Shown: piece by piece, positions 18,797 through 28,330 of the stretch
Position numbering within the stretch: the first letter of the stretch is position 1
Layout: each line of letters begins with the position of its first letter
Virus record (IMG/VR): IMGVR_UViG_3300020469_003235
Coordinates: 1,674-65,673 of that record
Reading direction: 5' to 3' (one strand)
DNA: 64,000 nt
Source of the DNA: a virus
Lineage: Duplodnaviria > Caudoviricetes
Notes under the pieces: model-generated
Seen by the model: the letters and a program-made list of their open reading frames with translations, nothing else
What the model was told of the DNA's origin: nothing
Database searches by the model: none
Program-made: the position numbers and the translations under genes

Positions 18797-20091
18797 AAAG
18801 CATCTCCAAGTTCAGGAAATATTTTAGTGTAGTCTAATCCACGTTGTTCATCAAGCACTCTTATGTAATCAAGTGTTTGAGGTAACTTTGCTGACCAGTC
18901 TTCTTCCATCATATATTTTATTAAACCTTCCCAACGTACTCGGCCCATTGGGTGTTGAATCCATTGTGTGTTAAATTTTTGTCTGTCTATAAATGCTTCA
19001 ATACGTTTTTTAGCAAACTGTTTGTACTCTTCTGGTAACACTCGTACATTTAGATAAGACGGAAAATATACAAGGTGTGTACTAATCATTCCGCCTTGTG
19101 TTTGTGCATTTACTTTACTAAACCTTTGATCAAGTTTCCATTCAGCAAGTTCATCAAGGTGTGCTACATTAAACATCTGTACTGCTGATGCTATGTTGAT
19201 ATTAATATTTGCATTACTTGAATCAAGTATTTTTATATTCTTTTCAATGTCTGCCCATTTGCTCGGATAACGTATGTAATCATTCTTTTCACCATACGCA
19301 TCAATACTAAAATTAAATGTTACTTCCTTAAAGTGTTGCCATAGTACAAATAGTTCAGGTTTTAATACAAGTCCGTTACTGTTATATCTAATGCAACAAT
19401 TTTCAGCATGGCCTTCATCAACCATAAATTGTAATATGTTATAGTGTTCAGGAATCATTAGAGGCTCGCCGCCTGCAAAATATAATTCTTTAATATGCTG
19501 TGCTTGGTCTTTCATAGAATCTAAAAACGATCCTTTCTTATACCAAGTGTAATCAAAGTCCTCATTCCAACTTTGATCATTAATTAACTCTTTGTTTGTG
19601 TACTTAGGATGATTTAGTTTCCATTCTTTAATCCAACTGCTTGAATCATGTGGACTACACATAACACATTTAAGTTGACATACATTACCTAAACGTAAAT
19701 CAAAGTAAGGAACATTAACAGGCAAGTTACCTTGTTCATCTGTTTTTTCTACAATGCTATCTATGTCTAAACGTTGTTTCCATACTTCTGTTTCCCATTG
19801 ACGTTTACTAACAATACCTTTGCTTTCTTCTGCAAAACATTTGCGACAACTTTCTGGGATTTCATCATTTAACATTTGCAATCTTGTTCGACGCATGTGT
19901 TCACTATTCCATACTTCTTCAATAGTGTGTTCACGCAAGTTCATACTGACTCCGTCTTTCTTAACAAGTCCTGCTGTCTTATCATCTTCTATACCTGCAC
20001 CTGATGCATTAGCAGTACAACAAACTCTAACATCACCGTTAGGTCGTGTTGCTAAATGTATCCAAGGTAAAGGGCAAAATGTTTTAGACAT
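18787..20091 (-). CDS. radical SAM enzyme with N-terminal twitch domain (type B)
   Basis: FCPLPWIH..GDVRVCC..CRKC then CQLKCVMC, AGGEP, NSNG, SIDA. Confidence 0.88.
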   Translation of the reverse strand: MSKTFCPLPWIHLATRPNGDVRVCCTANASGAGIEDDKTAGLVKKDGVSMNLREHTIEEVWNSEHMRRTRLQMLNDEIPESCRKCFAEESKGIVSKRQWETEVWKQRLDIDSIVEKTDEQGNLPVNVPYFDLRLGNVCQLKCVMCSPHDSSSWIKEWKLNHPKYTNKELINDQSWNEDFDYTWYKKGSFLDSMKDQAQHIKELYFAGGEPLMIPEHYNILQFMVDEGHAENCCIRYNSNGLVLKPELFVLWQHFKEVTFNFSIDAYGEKNDYIRYPSKWADIEKNIKILDSSNANININIASAVQMFNVAHLDELAEWKLDQRFSKVNAQTQGGMISTHLVYFPSYLNVRVLPEEYKQFAKKRIEAFIDRQKFNTQWIQHPMGRVRWEGLIKYMMEEDWSAKLPQTLDYIRVLDEQRGLDYTKIFPELGDALCK

Positions 20092-21082
20092 GTTCTTTCC
20101 TTTCAAACTGTGCATTTAGTTTGTCAAAATTTCCACATTGCTTTGAACATTCTTTTATACCAGTTGAAGTCCAACAACTACTAATTTTGTTAAAGAAGTT
20201 ACTGTCAAATATTTCTTTCAAGGACTGCTTGTGTAGGTTAGGAAACTTACCTATCTTTACCATATAATCTATACGTTGTGCTGAGTGCTGTGGTATCCAT
20301 TCTAAGTCTAACCAACAACAAGGACTAACATTACCATTTGCACTAATATACATTTGATTATCTTGTTTTGCTTTACAAGTAATTGTAGGTAGTATTTCTT
20401 GCATTGCTTGTTTTGCAGGCTCGATCATTTCAAGACTCTTTCTTGACGGCAATAAGGTATGTGTGATATTGTAGTTGTCATCAAGTACGTCAAACTTACC
20501 ATCTTTAAATCTTGTAGTGTGCTTAATACTAAATCCTTTGAATCCTAATTCTTTACTCATTTTTTCACAAGTATCAACTTGATGTTCGTTGTGTGCAAAC
20601 ACTAACATATCCCAACGTGCATCTCCGCCTACGTGTATAAACTGTGATGCATTGTTAATAATCTTTTCCCAGTTAGTATTAATTCTATACAATGCATGTG
20701 TGTCATTTAACCCGTCAATACCAAATACAACTTTTACTTTTAGTTCTGCAAGTCCACGCCACCATTCTTTAGTTCTACCACTTCCGTTAGTGTGCATTTG
20801 CAATGTCATTTCTGAATTATTTTCACGCAGGTATCTAAAAATTTTTAATGTATCTTTTGCAACAATAGGATCTCCTAAGTTTCCACACATATTAAGAAAC
20901 TTTAGTTGTTGTACAAAACTTATAGGAAACCATTCTTTGAAAGTGTCAATAGATATTTCTTCTAAATCTAAACCCTCAAGTAATGGACCGCCATGTAATC
21001 TACGTGGACACATTGGACAACGTGCTTGGCACTTAGAAGTAACTTCTAAATGTATTGACGTTATGTCCTGATAATTATACAT
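20084..21082 (-). CDS. radical SAM enzyme with C-terminal SPASM/twitch (type A)
   Basis: CQARCPMC, GNLGDP, HTNGS, FGIDG; C-term C..GNVSPCC..CSKQC; clear paralog of 12980-13963. Confidence 0.88.
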   Translation of the reverse strand: MYNYQDITSIHLEVTSKCQARCPMCPRRLHGGPLLEGLDLEEISIDTFKEWFPISFVQQLKFLNMCGNLGDPIVAKDTLKIFRYLRENNSEMTLQMHTNGSGRTKEWWRGLAELKVKVVFGIDGLNDTHALYRINTNWEKIINNASQFIHVGGDARWDMLVFAHNEHQVDTCEKMSKELGFKGFSIKHTTRFKDGKFDVLDDNYNITHTLLPSRKSLEMIEPAKQAMQEILPTITCKAKQDNQMYISANGNVSPCCWLDLEWIPQHSAQRIDYMVKIGKFPNLHKQSLKEIFDSNFFNKISSCWTSTGIKECSKQCGNFDKLNAQFERKEHV

Positions 21083-21696
21083 TACTTCTGATTCATCCTT
21101 TCAAGTGTGCTTTGAATAGTATCTGGATTTAAATCAACATTTACAATTAACCAATAACTATCATTAAAACTACTGTTGAATAGATAGTGCATTTTTAATG
21201 TATCTACAAAGTAAAGTCTACCTGGTTCCCAATGTAGTGTTTTATCTTCTAATACAAAATTAAAGTACGGAGGATTAACATTACGTAAAGGCATAATCAA
21301 TCTAAAACTGTCTGCTTTACCCGAATGGTAGTTCCAATCTCTGTGTGGAGGAAAGAATCCTCCTGGACCAAACTTTAAAAAGTGTGTTCTATAATAATCT
21401 TTGTCCCAAGGTTTAAGTATATCATGTATTTGTTTGTTTAGTACAGGAGTTGCTACGTTAAAATCTTTTTCATTGTATGATGTTTTGTTTTCTTTATTGT
21501 ACTCGTATAAACTATCTAAATCAATACCGTTGAATGTACCGTCTGAACTTGTAACACTTAATCCCCAACGATTAACATCTTTACGTGGATTATATTTTTG
21601 CCATTCAAAATCATTAGCCCAAGCAATTAACATTTCTGGATCAGTTGTTACGTCTAATTCGATATGCTGACCGTATTGTGTAAGTCTATGTATCAT
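21082..21696 (-). CDS. Asp/Asn beta-hydroxylase-like 2OG/cupin dioxygenase
   Basis: RTHFLKFGPGGFFPPHRD...FVDTLKMHYLFN. Confidence 0.65.
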   Translation of the reverse strand: MIHRLTQYGQHIELDVTTDPEMLIAWANDFEWQKYNPRKDVNRWGLSVTSSDGTFNGIDLDSLYEYNKENKTSYNEKDFNVATPVLNKQIHDILKPWDKDYYRTHFLKFGPGGFFPPHRDWNYHSGKADSFRLIMPLRNVNPPYFNFVLEDKTLHWEPGRLYFVDTLKMHYLFNSSFNDSYWLIVNVDLNPDTIQSTLERMNQK

Positions 21697-22301
21697 TTCT
21701 TTTTCCCTATAACCATAAATCGTTTGTACTTAGGTAATTGAATCTCATCTTTTACTTCTATCTCCAACATACTTTTCCTTGCAAATTGATCTAAACTGTC
21801 ATAGCAATTAACATGCTCTTCTAATTCGTAGTAATCATTACTTTGCACAATAACCTGTGCGGAATCTGGTACATTGTTTAACCATTGTTTGTATTTTTTA
21901 TGAGTAATGTGTTCGCAACTTGTGTTGATAACAATATAAGGCTCTGTTTCATATTTGTAATCTACCATATCACAAGTCACTGCTTCAAACTTACCTTCCA
22001 TTTCGTATCTCTTGTTTACTGTAGTTGCAATTTCCTTGCATACAGGATCAACATCAACACTTATAATTTTTTTAACACCTACTTCGCTGTTGAATAGCAT
22101 ACTTGCCAGTAATCCGTTCCAGCCTCCGTGTATAACTATTTCAGCATTACGTATTAATTTGTTCTTTTCTGAGATAGTATTAATCAACCATAACTTAGAT
22201 TGTATTTGACCACCCCAAAAAGTTTCTAATGTACGATCTTTATCTTCGCTATTGCGAATTGCGTCCATCCAGAACTTAATATCTTGAATATCAATTTTCA
22301 T
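21693..22301 (-). CDS. class I SAM-dependent methyltransferase-like protein
   Basis: VIHGGWNG (motif I), ISVDVD (motif II), CDM, INTSCEH. Confidence 0.6.
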   Translation of the reverse strand: MKIDIQDIKFWMDAIRNSEDKDRTLETFWGGQIQSKLWLINTISEKNKLIRNAEIVIHGGWNGLLASMLFNSEVGVKKIISVDVDPVCKEIATTVNKRYEMEGKFEAVTCDMVDYKYETEPYIVINTSCEHITHKKYKQWLNNVPDSAQVIVQSNDYYELEEHVNCYDSLDQFARKSMLEIEVKDEIQLPKYKRFMVIGKKK

Positions 22302-23040
22302 TTCTAATCTTCTTATTATATTTAACTGCTTCTTGAAGCAATGTAAATTCAGCATTGTACCCTTGTGCTTGGTGTATTAGTGCATCTACGTCCTTAGGAA
22401 AGCAATGGCCGCCAAACCCACGCTTTTCTGTTACATTTGAATGGCTATGTCCTATGCGTTCGTCCTCTGCAACAAATTTTCGTACTTGTTCGGAACTAAC
22501 TCCTGCACTATTACAAAGATCTTCTAATTGATTAAAGAACGATACTTTTAATGCAAGGAAACTGTTACGTGCATACTTGGCTAATATTAATTCTTCAGGA
22601 TCTGCTGGCTTTACTGTTATAGTTCCAAGTAGTTCTACAAAAAAGCCTGCCCAGAAGTGTGTACTGTCACCACCTAACAACACAGTCTTTGTATTTGCAA
22701 AGTCTATTACTGCTGTTTCGGCACGTAAGAACTCTGGACTGAATGTTAACTGCTTTTCAGGAAATGTATCTCGTAGCATACGCCAACCTTCAAGACTTAT
22801 TGTACTCTTAATTAAAATAGGGACATCTGGTGCTTCCTGAATAACTTCAAATACGTTATTCATGTTACAACTTCCATCAGATCGTCGTGGCGTACTTACA
22901 CAAACAATAATTGCTTGTGCATTTCGTAAATCATCGTAATGGCCAAACTTATGATCGCTGATTAAAACTGTATTTTTGTTTTTCATACACTCAGCAATGG
23001 CTTTGCCTACGTAACCGTATCCTGCTATTCCTACGTTCAT
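22291..23040 (-). CDS. UDP-glucose/GDP-mannose dehydrogenase family protein, C-terminally shortened
   Basis: GYGYVG, CVSTP, IKSTI, SPEFLR, KYARNSFLALKVSFFN, GFGGHCFPKD. Confidence 0.85.
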   Translation of the reverse strand: MNVGIAGYGYVGKAIAECMKNKNTVLISDHKFGHYDDLRNAQAIIVCVSTPRRSDGSCNMNNVFEVIQEAPDVPILIKSTISLEGWRMLRDTFPEKQLTFSPEFLRAETAVIDFANTKTVLLGGDSTHFWAGFFVELLGTITVKPADPEELILAKYARNSFLALKVSFFNQLEDLCNSAGVSSEQVRKFVAEDERIGHSHSNVTEKRGFGGHCFPKDVDALIHQAQGYNAEFTLLQEAVKYNKKIRNEN

Positions 23041-23999
23041 AATTTCCTCTTTGGTATTTTGCTATCTGCACTGCTTACACACGTTGGTGTAATACAAAGC
23101 ATTGGTTTATCAAACAATCTAAATCCATCTTGTAACGTGCCTAAAGGTTGATCATGGCAACTGTAACTACGTTTAACTTCGTTGTTTCTAATTATGCAAC
23201 TTTGATATCCGCTGTTACATTCCCAACCTTTAAATTTATTAAATCCGTAAGCATTTAGGCGTTCTGCTTGGTCAATACTATATTCTATTCCATTAACATC
23301 CGTAAGCGAGACTTGGTGGACTGATTGTTCGCTTTCGGTACGCAATATTTCTTTTTGTTCCTCTGTGTAACCACTGACCACAAACGATGCAGTTGGATCA
23401 CTTTGCGGTTTAAGAGTGACGTGTAAGCCTCTATCAATAAATCTTTTACTTCTGGCATAATATTCCTCCCATAGTTCGGGTACCATAACTTGATTAATAG
23501 TTACAAGTACACCTTCATCTTGGAGATACAAAAGTTTATCTCCGAATTCTTTTTCATCTGCAAATTCTGCATGAAAACTTGCTGTAATACTTCTTCTGTC
23601 CATAACATCTGTAACATCTAAAAACTTTTTCCACCATTTCTTTGCTGGACTACAATTACTTGTCATGTGTATGCTTAGGTATTCGCTTTCATAATCCTCA
23701 TAGTGATTAACTAAATCTAAAAAGCCTTTGTATGCTGTAGGCTCGCCACCACTAAAACTAAAATGAAATTTATCGAAGCCATTTGCTTTTGCTTGTTTCT
23801 TGATTTCATCAATAGATGTTTTATAAACTTCTAATTCCTGATAGTCTGGCTTGTCGGTGTTAGCGTAAGGCCAACAGTAACTACACTTGTAATTACAGAA
23901 CCTGCCAAGGATCCAACTAACGCTGAATAGATTAGTATCTAACATTGTTTTCTGTCCGAGACTTACTATGTCTTTAAATGGAATCTTTGTATTCGTCAT
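23037..23999 (-). CDS. radical SAM enzyme (type C)
   Basis: SWILGRFCNYKCSYC, SGGEPT, SFHAEF; C-term WECNSG..C..CITPTC; paralog of 17280-18209. Confidence 0.85.
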   Translation of the reverse strand: MTNTKIPFKDIVSLGQKTMLDTNLFSVSWILGRFCNYKCSYCWPYANTDKPDYQELEVYKTSIDEIKKQAKANGFDKFHFSFSGGEPTAYKGFLDLVNHYEDYESEYLSIHMTSNCSPAKKWWKKFLDVTDVMDRRSITASFHAEFADEKEFGDKLLYLQDEGVLVTINQVMVPELWEEYYARSKRFIDRGLHVTLKPQSDPTASFVVSGYTEEQKEILRTESEQSVHQVSLTDVNGIEYSIDQAERLNAYGFNKFKGWECNSGYQSCIIRNNEVKRSYSCHDQPLGTLQDGFRLFDKPMLCITPTCVSSADSKIPKRKL

Positions 24000-24663
24000 A
24001 CTGCTCCTTTAACCATTCAAAGTCATTTATTTTATATAAAATTTCTTTATCATCTTTGTGTGCTGTACCAAAGTGTTTTCCTACTTGGGCACCGTGAATA
24101 GCATACTTGCCAAACTCGTTGTTGGCACCTACTGTACACCATGTTGTTAATCGTTGTTCTGTTTCTTCGTCTACTTGACCTGGTATAGTTTTACTTGCTA
24201 ATTTTACGCATTCTCTAAATGCACCTCTCCATGTACTAAGAGCATCTGTGTTAAATGCAGTTATACAACTGACCTCTGGCATTGCTTTAAATTTATTACT
24301 AATGCTTGTAGTCATGTCGGGTATAGAGATGTCCATGTTCAGTGTGAGTGATCGTGGTAGTAACTTTACACCTCCATACCCGTATTCCAAGTTATTAATC
24401 GGATTTATACTTCGCCATACATGTACTGTTTCTAAATCCCACTCGGAAACCTCGTAATCAAATTGAAAGCCTCTTGATAATTCTGCATCACCATCTACAA
24501 CCCAGAACATTTTAGTAAAACATTTTTTAGCCGCGGCAATGTGTGCTTGATGTATTCCGTCAATGTCTTTTACACGTTTAGCCATAGGAAATTGGCTTCT
24601 CAAAATTTCCCAATTATTTTCTGCATTGGCTTCGCCATGACTTATAAAGACTATATCATACAT
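23974..24663 (-). CDS. GT-A fold glycosyltransferase-like protein
   Basis: DIVFIS, AHIAAA, FWVVDGD (DxD), GYGGVKL, WRGAFRECVKL. Confidence 0.55.
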   Translation of the reverse strand: MYDIVFISHGEANAENNWEILRSQFPMAKRVKDIDGIHQAHIAAAKKCFTKMFWVVDGDAELSRGFQFDYEVSEWDLETVHVWRSINPINNLEYGYGGVKLLPRSLTLNMDISIPDMTTSISNKFKAMPEVSCITAFNTDALSTWRGAFRECVKLASKTIPGQVDEETEQRLTTWCTVGANNEFGKYAIHGAQVGKHFGTAHKDDKEILYKINDFEWLKEQYDEYKDSI

Positions 24664-25466
24664 CTTACTTTATCCTTTATTTGTTCAACAACTTGATCGT
24701 GTATGTCATACCCATCATGTGCCATATCTCTTGCACGACCAGTCATCTTTGTTTTTACTGTTTGTACCATATCCTTGTCATACTTTGTTTTAAAGTCTGC
24801 TTGGAACGTCCAATTATGTACAGGCACCCCAAGTGCGTTCCATATATTGTTTACACTATTTAAATGATACAAATTTTCATAATTCATTTGTCCTTGTTCG
24901 TGAGCCCAACGTTTATGATACCAATTTGAATCCATCATTTCATATTCTTCTTCAGTTCCGTCTGGAGTAAAATTAATATTTCTATCTTCTAATCGTATCT
25001 GCGAGCCATGAAAAAGTGTTTTCTCTATGTATGCAAAACTCTTTCTTGACGAGTGTGGCCATTGAATTAAGACGCATTTAGGAAGTACTATTTTGTTCTT
25101 CACGAATAAATGTGTGTTTAACGCAATAATATCAGGTCCTGTGCCTGCTTTGGCTAAGTTTATTACGTCTAAACCATACATTTGTGCAATTTTATTACAC
25201 CATATTTCTTCTTCGTATAAACCTACTCCTTCAGTATAACTGCACCCGAACACTAAAATATAATCGTGATTAAGACCCGTTAATTCTTTTGTGCGATATC
25301 CAAGGCTATTAAAGTTATATTCTAACTTGTCAGCAGTATTATGATAGTGCCAACCTTCTTTGTTATGTTCTTTATAATTTTCTTTATCATCTCCACAATA
25401 CCAATGCAGACTCTTACCAGCCTTACCGGGAAAATATAATAATGGATGATCTTTACTGTAATACAT
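24651..25466 (-). CDS. SGNH/GDSL-like acyl-esterase or acyltransferase
   Basis: NSLGYR, FGCSYTEG (block I), NLAKAG (block II), DMAH (DxxH). Confidence 0.55.
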   Translation of the reverse strand: MYYSKDHPLLYFPGKAGKSLHWYCGDDKENYKEHNKEGWHYHNTADKLEYNFNSLGYRTKELTGLNHDYILVFGCSYTEGVGLYEEEIWCNKIAQMYGLDVINLAKAGTGPDIIALNTHLFVKNKIVLPKCVLIQWPHSSRKSFAYIEKTLFHGSQIRLEDRNINFTPDGTEEEYEMMDSNWYHKRWAHEQGQMNYENLYHLNSVNNIWNALGVPVHNWTFQADFKTKYDKDMVQTVKTKMTGRARDMAHDGYDIHDQVVEQIKDKVRCMI

Positions 25467-26650
25467 TATCTTGTGTTTCCGTATTGTAGTACAAGATACT
25501 TAGAATTCTTTTTCATTTTCCTCCAAGGATCAATAAACACAGTATCCTCAGCATAATCTAAGTATGGGGTTGGGTGAGCAAGTAAAACTATACCGCCAAG
25601 GTTTGCTTCATGGCTTGGCATTTCACTTGCAAGTGGATCAATAGCAATAGTTGTTTTTCCTGCTTCTCTTATATAATGATCTACAAGTAACGCATAACTA
25701 CCATCAACATATGGTACTCCTGGTTTATATGAAATACCATTTAGAAAAATACCTCCGCCATATTTCTTTTGTGTTTCAATAACAAACATTGCAAGATTTT
25801 TTGCTTGTACTTCTCTTGCTGTCATAATACTGTCAAAGATATCATATTCTAAATTTAATTCTTTTGCCATGTAACGTAATGCAATATTATCTCTTGGGTG
25901 GCAACTGCCACCATCGCCCATACCTGCTGTCATGTACATTGGACTCATAATACGTTGCGTTGAATGTGCAAGTGCATCTGTTACTACGTCAACATTAATA
26001 TTACCTTGACGTTGTGCAACATCTTGAATCATATTAACAAGACTTAATTTAGTTGAAATAAATGTATTGTAAAATACTTTAATACATTCGCACTCGTCAT
26101 ATGTTCCTATAACATAACGTGGATCATTTTCCATAATGCTTTGATAAAATTCTTTTAGTTGTTTTGCATCACCTGTTTCGCTACCATCGTCTGTGCCTAT
26201 CATTACCATCTCTGGATTAATCATATCCCAACCTACAGTACCCATTGCAATTAAATAAGGATTATATACAAAACGTGTGTGCGTAACACGTGGTACAAAT
26301 TCTCTACGTGTTGTACCTGGTAATACTGTACTAATAAGAACAAGCAGTTGATCTTTTGTCATAAACATATCTGCTTCTTCAAGAACCTCATTTACAATAC
26401 TATAATCAAAGTCTTTAGGTTCAAGATGACTTGTTGGACGTCTGCCGTCATAGTCAGGGTGGTGTGGTGTTGGCACTGCAACAAATACGATATCTGCACC
26501 AGTTACTGCTTCACAGACTGATTCTTTTTGATCAATCAATTCACTATAAACATTTGTAATGTCATAGCCTTGAACTGTATGCCCTTTCTTAACTATTTCC
26601 TCTGCACAAGGTATGCCCAATTTACCTACCCCAATAAATCCAATTTTCAT
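25466..26650 (-). CDS. UDP-glucose/GDP-mannose dehydrogenase family protein
   Basis: GFIGVGKLG, AVPTP, STVLPGT, YNP, KVFYNTFISTK, GDGGSCHPRD, GISYKP; AAGGAG SD. Confidence 0.85.
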   Translation of the reverse strand: MKIGFIGVGKLGIPCAEEIVKKGHTVQGYDITNVYSELIDQKESVCEAVTGADIVFVAVPTPHHPDYDGRRPTSHLEPKDFDYSIVNEVLEEADMFMTKDQLLVLISTVLPGTTRREFVPRVTHTRFVYNPYLIAMGTVGWDMINPEMVMIGTDDGSETGDAKQLKEFYQSIMENDPRYVIGTYDECECIKVFYNTFISTKLSLVNMIQDVAQRQGNINVDVVTDALAHSTQRIMSPMYMTAGMGDGGSCHPRDNIALRYMAKELNLEYDIFDSIMTAREVQAKNLAMFVIETQKKYGGGIFLNGISYKPGVPYVDGSYALLVDHYIREAGKTTIAIDPLASEMPSHEANLGGIVLLAHPTPYLDYAEDTVFIDPWRKMKKNSKYLVLQYGNTR

Positions 26651-26742
26651 GATATCTCCTTGTAACCGCACTGGTGCAGACTTTGGAACCGGCTAAGGCT
26701 CCAATCTTCAGACCAATTGCATAAATCAATAGTTTCACTCAC
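26647..26742 (-). other. structured leader and/or 31-aa upstream ORF (MSETIDLCNWSEDWSLSRFQSLHQCGYKEIS)
   Basis: GTG 5 nt downstream of a TAAGTA box; TGA overlaps the next ATG (ATGA); contains a long hairpin 26667-26721. Confidence 0.35.
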
Positions 26743-26747
26743 ACTAT

Positions 26748-26772
26748 TACTTATTAACTACGCACATAAATA
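26748..26772. promoter_or_regulatory. divergent TAAGTA (-) and TAAATA (+) late-type boxes
   Basis: TAAGTA on - at 26748-26753; TAAATA on + at 26767-26772 inside CACAT-AAAT-ATGTG palindrome, 5 nt before ATG 26778. Confidence 0.55.
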
Positions 26773-26777
26773 TGTGT

Positions 26778-27365
26778 ATGTTTGAAACCGTCAAAGAGTT
26801 TGAAAGAAGCATTGCAGACTATTACAATGCACCATTTGCTGTAGCAACGGATAGTTGTACTCATTCTATCGAACTTTGCCTACGTTACTTGCAACCCGAC
26901 CAAGTAAAGATACCTGCAAGAACATATATCAGTATTCCTTTTACACTAATGAAGTTAAACATCAAGTGGGAATTCCTTGATGCTTCTTGGAAAGAAGAAT
27001 ATGTATTAGGTGGCACAAGAATTATTGATGGTGCTGTTAGTTTCAAACGTGGTAGTTATTTGCCAGATACTTTTAAGTGTTTAAGTTTTCAATATAAAAA
27101 AATGTTAGGACTTGGACGAGGTGGTGCAATACTTTGTAGCACACAGAATGATTATGATATTTTAAAAGCAATGGCACATGATGGTAGGACTGACGACAAG
27201 CCATGGGGCGAACAAGACATTCAATACATAGGTTATCATTATTACATGACTCCTGAAACTGCGGCACAAGGTATTGACTTGTTAAAAACAGTAAAAGAAG
27301 AAGAACAGAAAATTTGGAGTAGCGATGACTATCCATACTTGCCTGATATGAAAGTTTTTAAATGA
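26778..27365 (+). CDS. DegT/DnrJ/EryC1/StrS PLP aminotransferase, shortened
   Basis: FERSIADY..AVATDSCT, PARTYIS, IIDGA, SFQYKK (PLP Lys), GRGGAI, GYHYYMT. Confidence 0.8.
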   Translation: MFETVKEFERSIADYYNAPFAVATDSCTHSIELCLRYLQPDQVKIPARTYISIPFTLMKLNIKWEFLDASWKEEYVLGGTRIIDGAVSFKRGSYLPDTFKCLSFQYKKMLGLGRGGAILCSTQNDYDILKAMAHDGRTDDKPWGEQDIQYIGYHYYMTPETAAQGIDLLKTVKEEEQKIWSSDDYPYLPDMKVFK

Positions 27366-28330
27366 ATACAAACGAATGGGGTCAACTTAGAAAAGTAATA
27401 GTTGGAGTTGCAGATCATGCAAAGATACCTGATGATATTGATATTAGTTTACGCTGTGTAAACTTTGCTGATAAGTTAGACGAAACAGAAATTATCAAAG
27501 GACCTTATCCAAATAAGGTTATTGAAGAAGCAAATGAAGACTTAGAAACATTTGTAGAATTTTTACAAGCAGAAAATGTAGAAGTTGTACGTCCTGAGAA
27601 AACAAATTGTAATTACTATAACTACTGTCCAAGAGATAGTGTACTTGTACACGGTAATCTAACACTTGCTACACCGATGCCTATACGAGCAAGAAAGGGT
27701 GAGTGGAGAGCATTTCAACATCATTTAGATAATCCTAAAGAAATACGTTGCTTCAATGAAAGTCAATTATACAACAAAGACTGTATTGGCAATAAAGATA
27801 TTTTAGCACTCAATGAATACAGTCCTGCATTTGATGCCGCTAATATTATTCGTGCAAACGATCAACTGCTATACTTGGTTAGTAATAGTGCAAACAAGTT
27901 AGGTGCAAACTTATTACAAGGGGCTTTAGGTTCTACTGCTAAAGTAAATCTACTGCAAGACGTTTATAGTTATATGCACATTGACAGTACTGTTGCATTT
28001 TTGCGTGAAGGGTTATTACTTGTTAATCCAAGTAGAATAAAAGTAAGAGAAGATTTGCCTGAGCCATTTAGAAATTGGGATATTATATGGTGTCCTGAAC
28101 CTGTAGACATTGGTCACTTTCCTAAATGGTGTAATGCAAGTACATGGATTAACATGAATTTGTTTAGTGTAAATACAAAGTTAGTTGCATTAGAAGAACA
28201 CCAAGAGGATCTAAGACATCTCCTTGAGCACCAAGGAATAGAGTGTGCTATGTTACCAATGCGACATCAACGTACACTTGGCGGTGGCTTTCACTGCGTA
28301 ACATTGGATGTAAAAAGAGATGTGGACTAA
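27362..28330 (+). CDS. amidinotransferase (glycine / inosamine-phosphate amidinotransferase family)
   Basis: NEWGQLRKVIVG, YCPRD, FDAAN, HIDST, LGGGFHC (catalytic Asp/His/Cys). Confidence 0.85.
   Translation: MNTNEWGQLRKVIVGVADHAKIPDDIDISLRCVNFADKLDETEIIKGPYPNKVIEEANEDLETFVEFLQAENVEVVRPEKTNCNYYNYCPRDSVLVHGNLTLATPMPIRARKGEWRAFQHHLDNPKEIRCFNESQLYNKDCIGNKDILALNEYSPAFDAANIIRANDQLLYLVSNSANKLGANLLQGALGSTAKVNLLQDVYSYMHIDSTVAFLREGLLLVNPSRIKVREDLPEPFRNWDIIWCPEPVDIGHFPKWCNASTWINMNLFSVNTKLVALEEHQEDLRHLLEHQGIECAMLPMRHQRTLGGGFHCVTLDVKRDVD

Noticed and set aside
26667-26721. Hairpin as a tRNA or intrinsic terminator
   Set aside because: No cloverleaf or T-loop motif, and no U-tract after the stem
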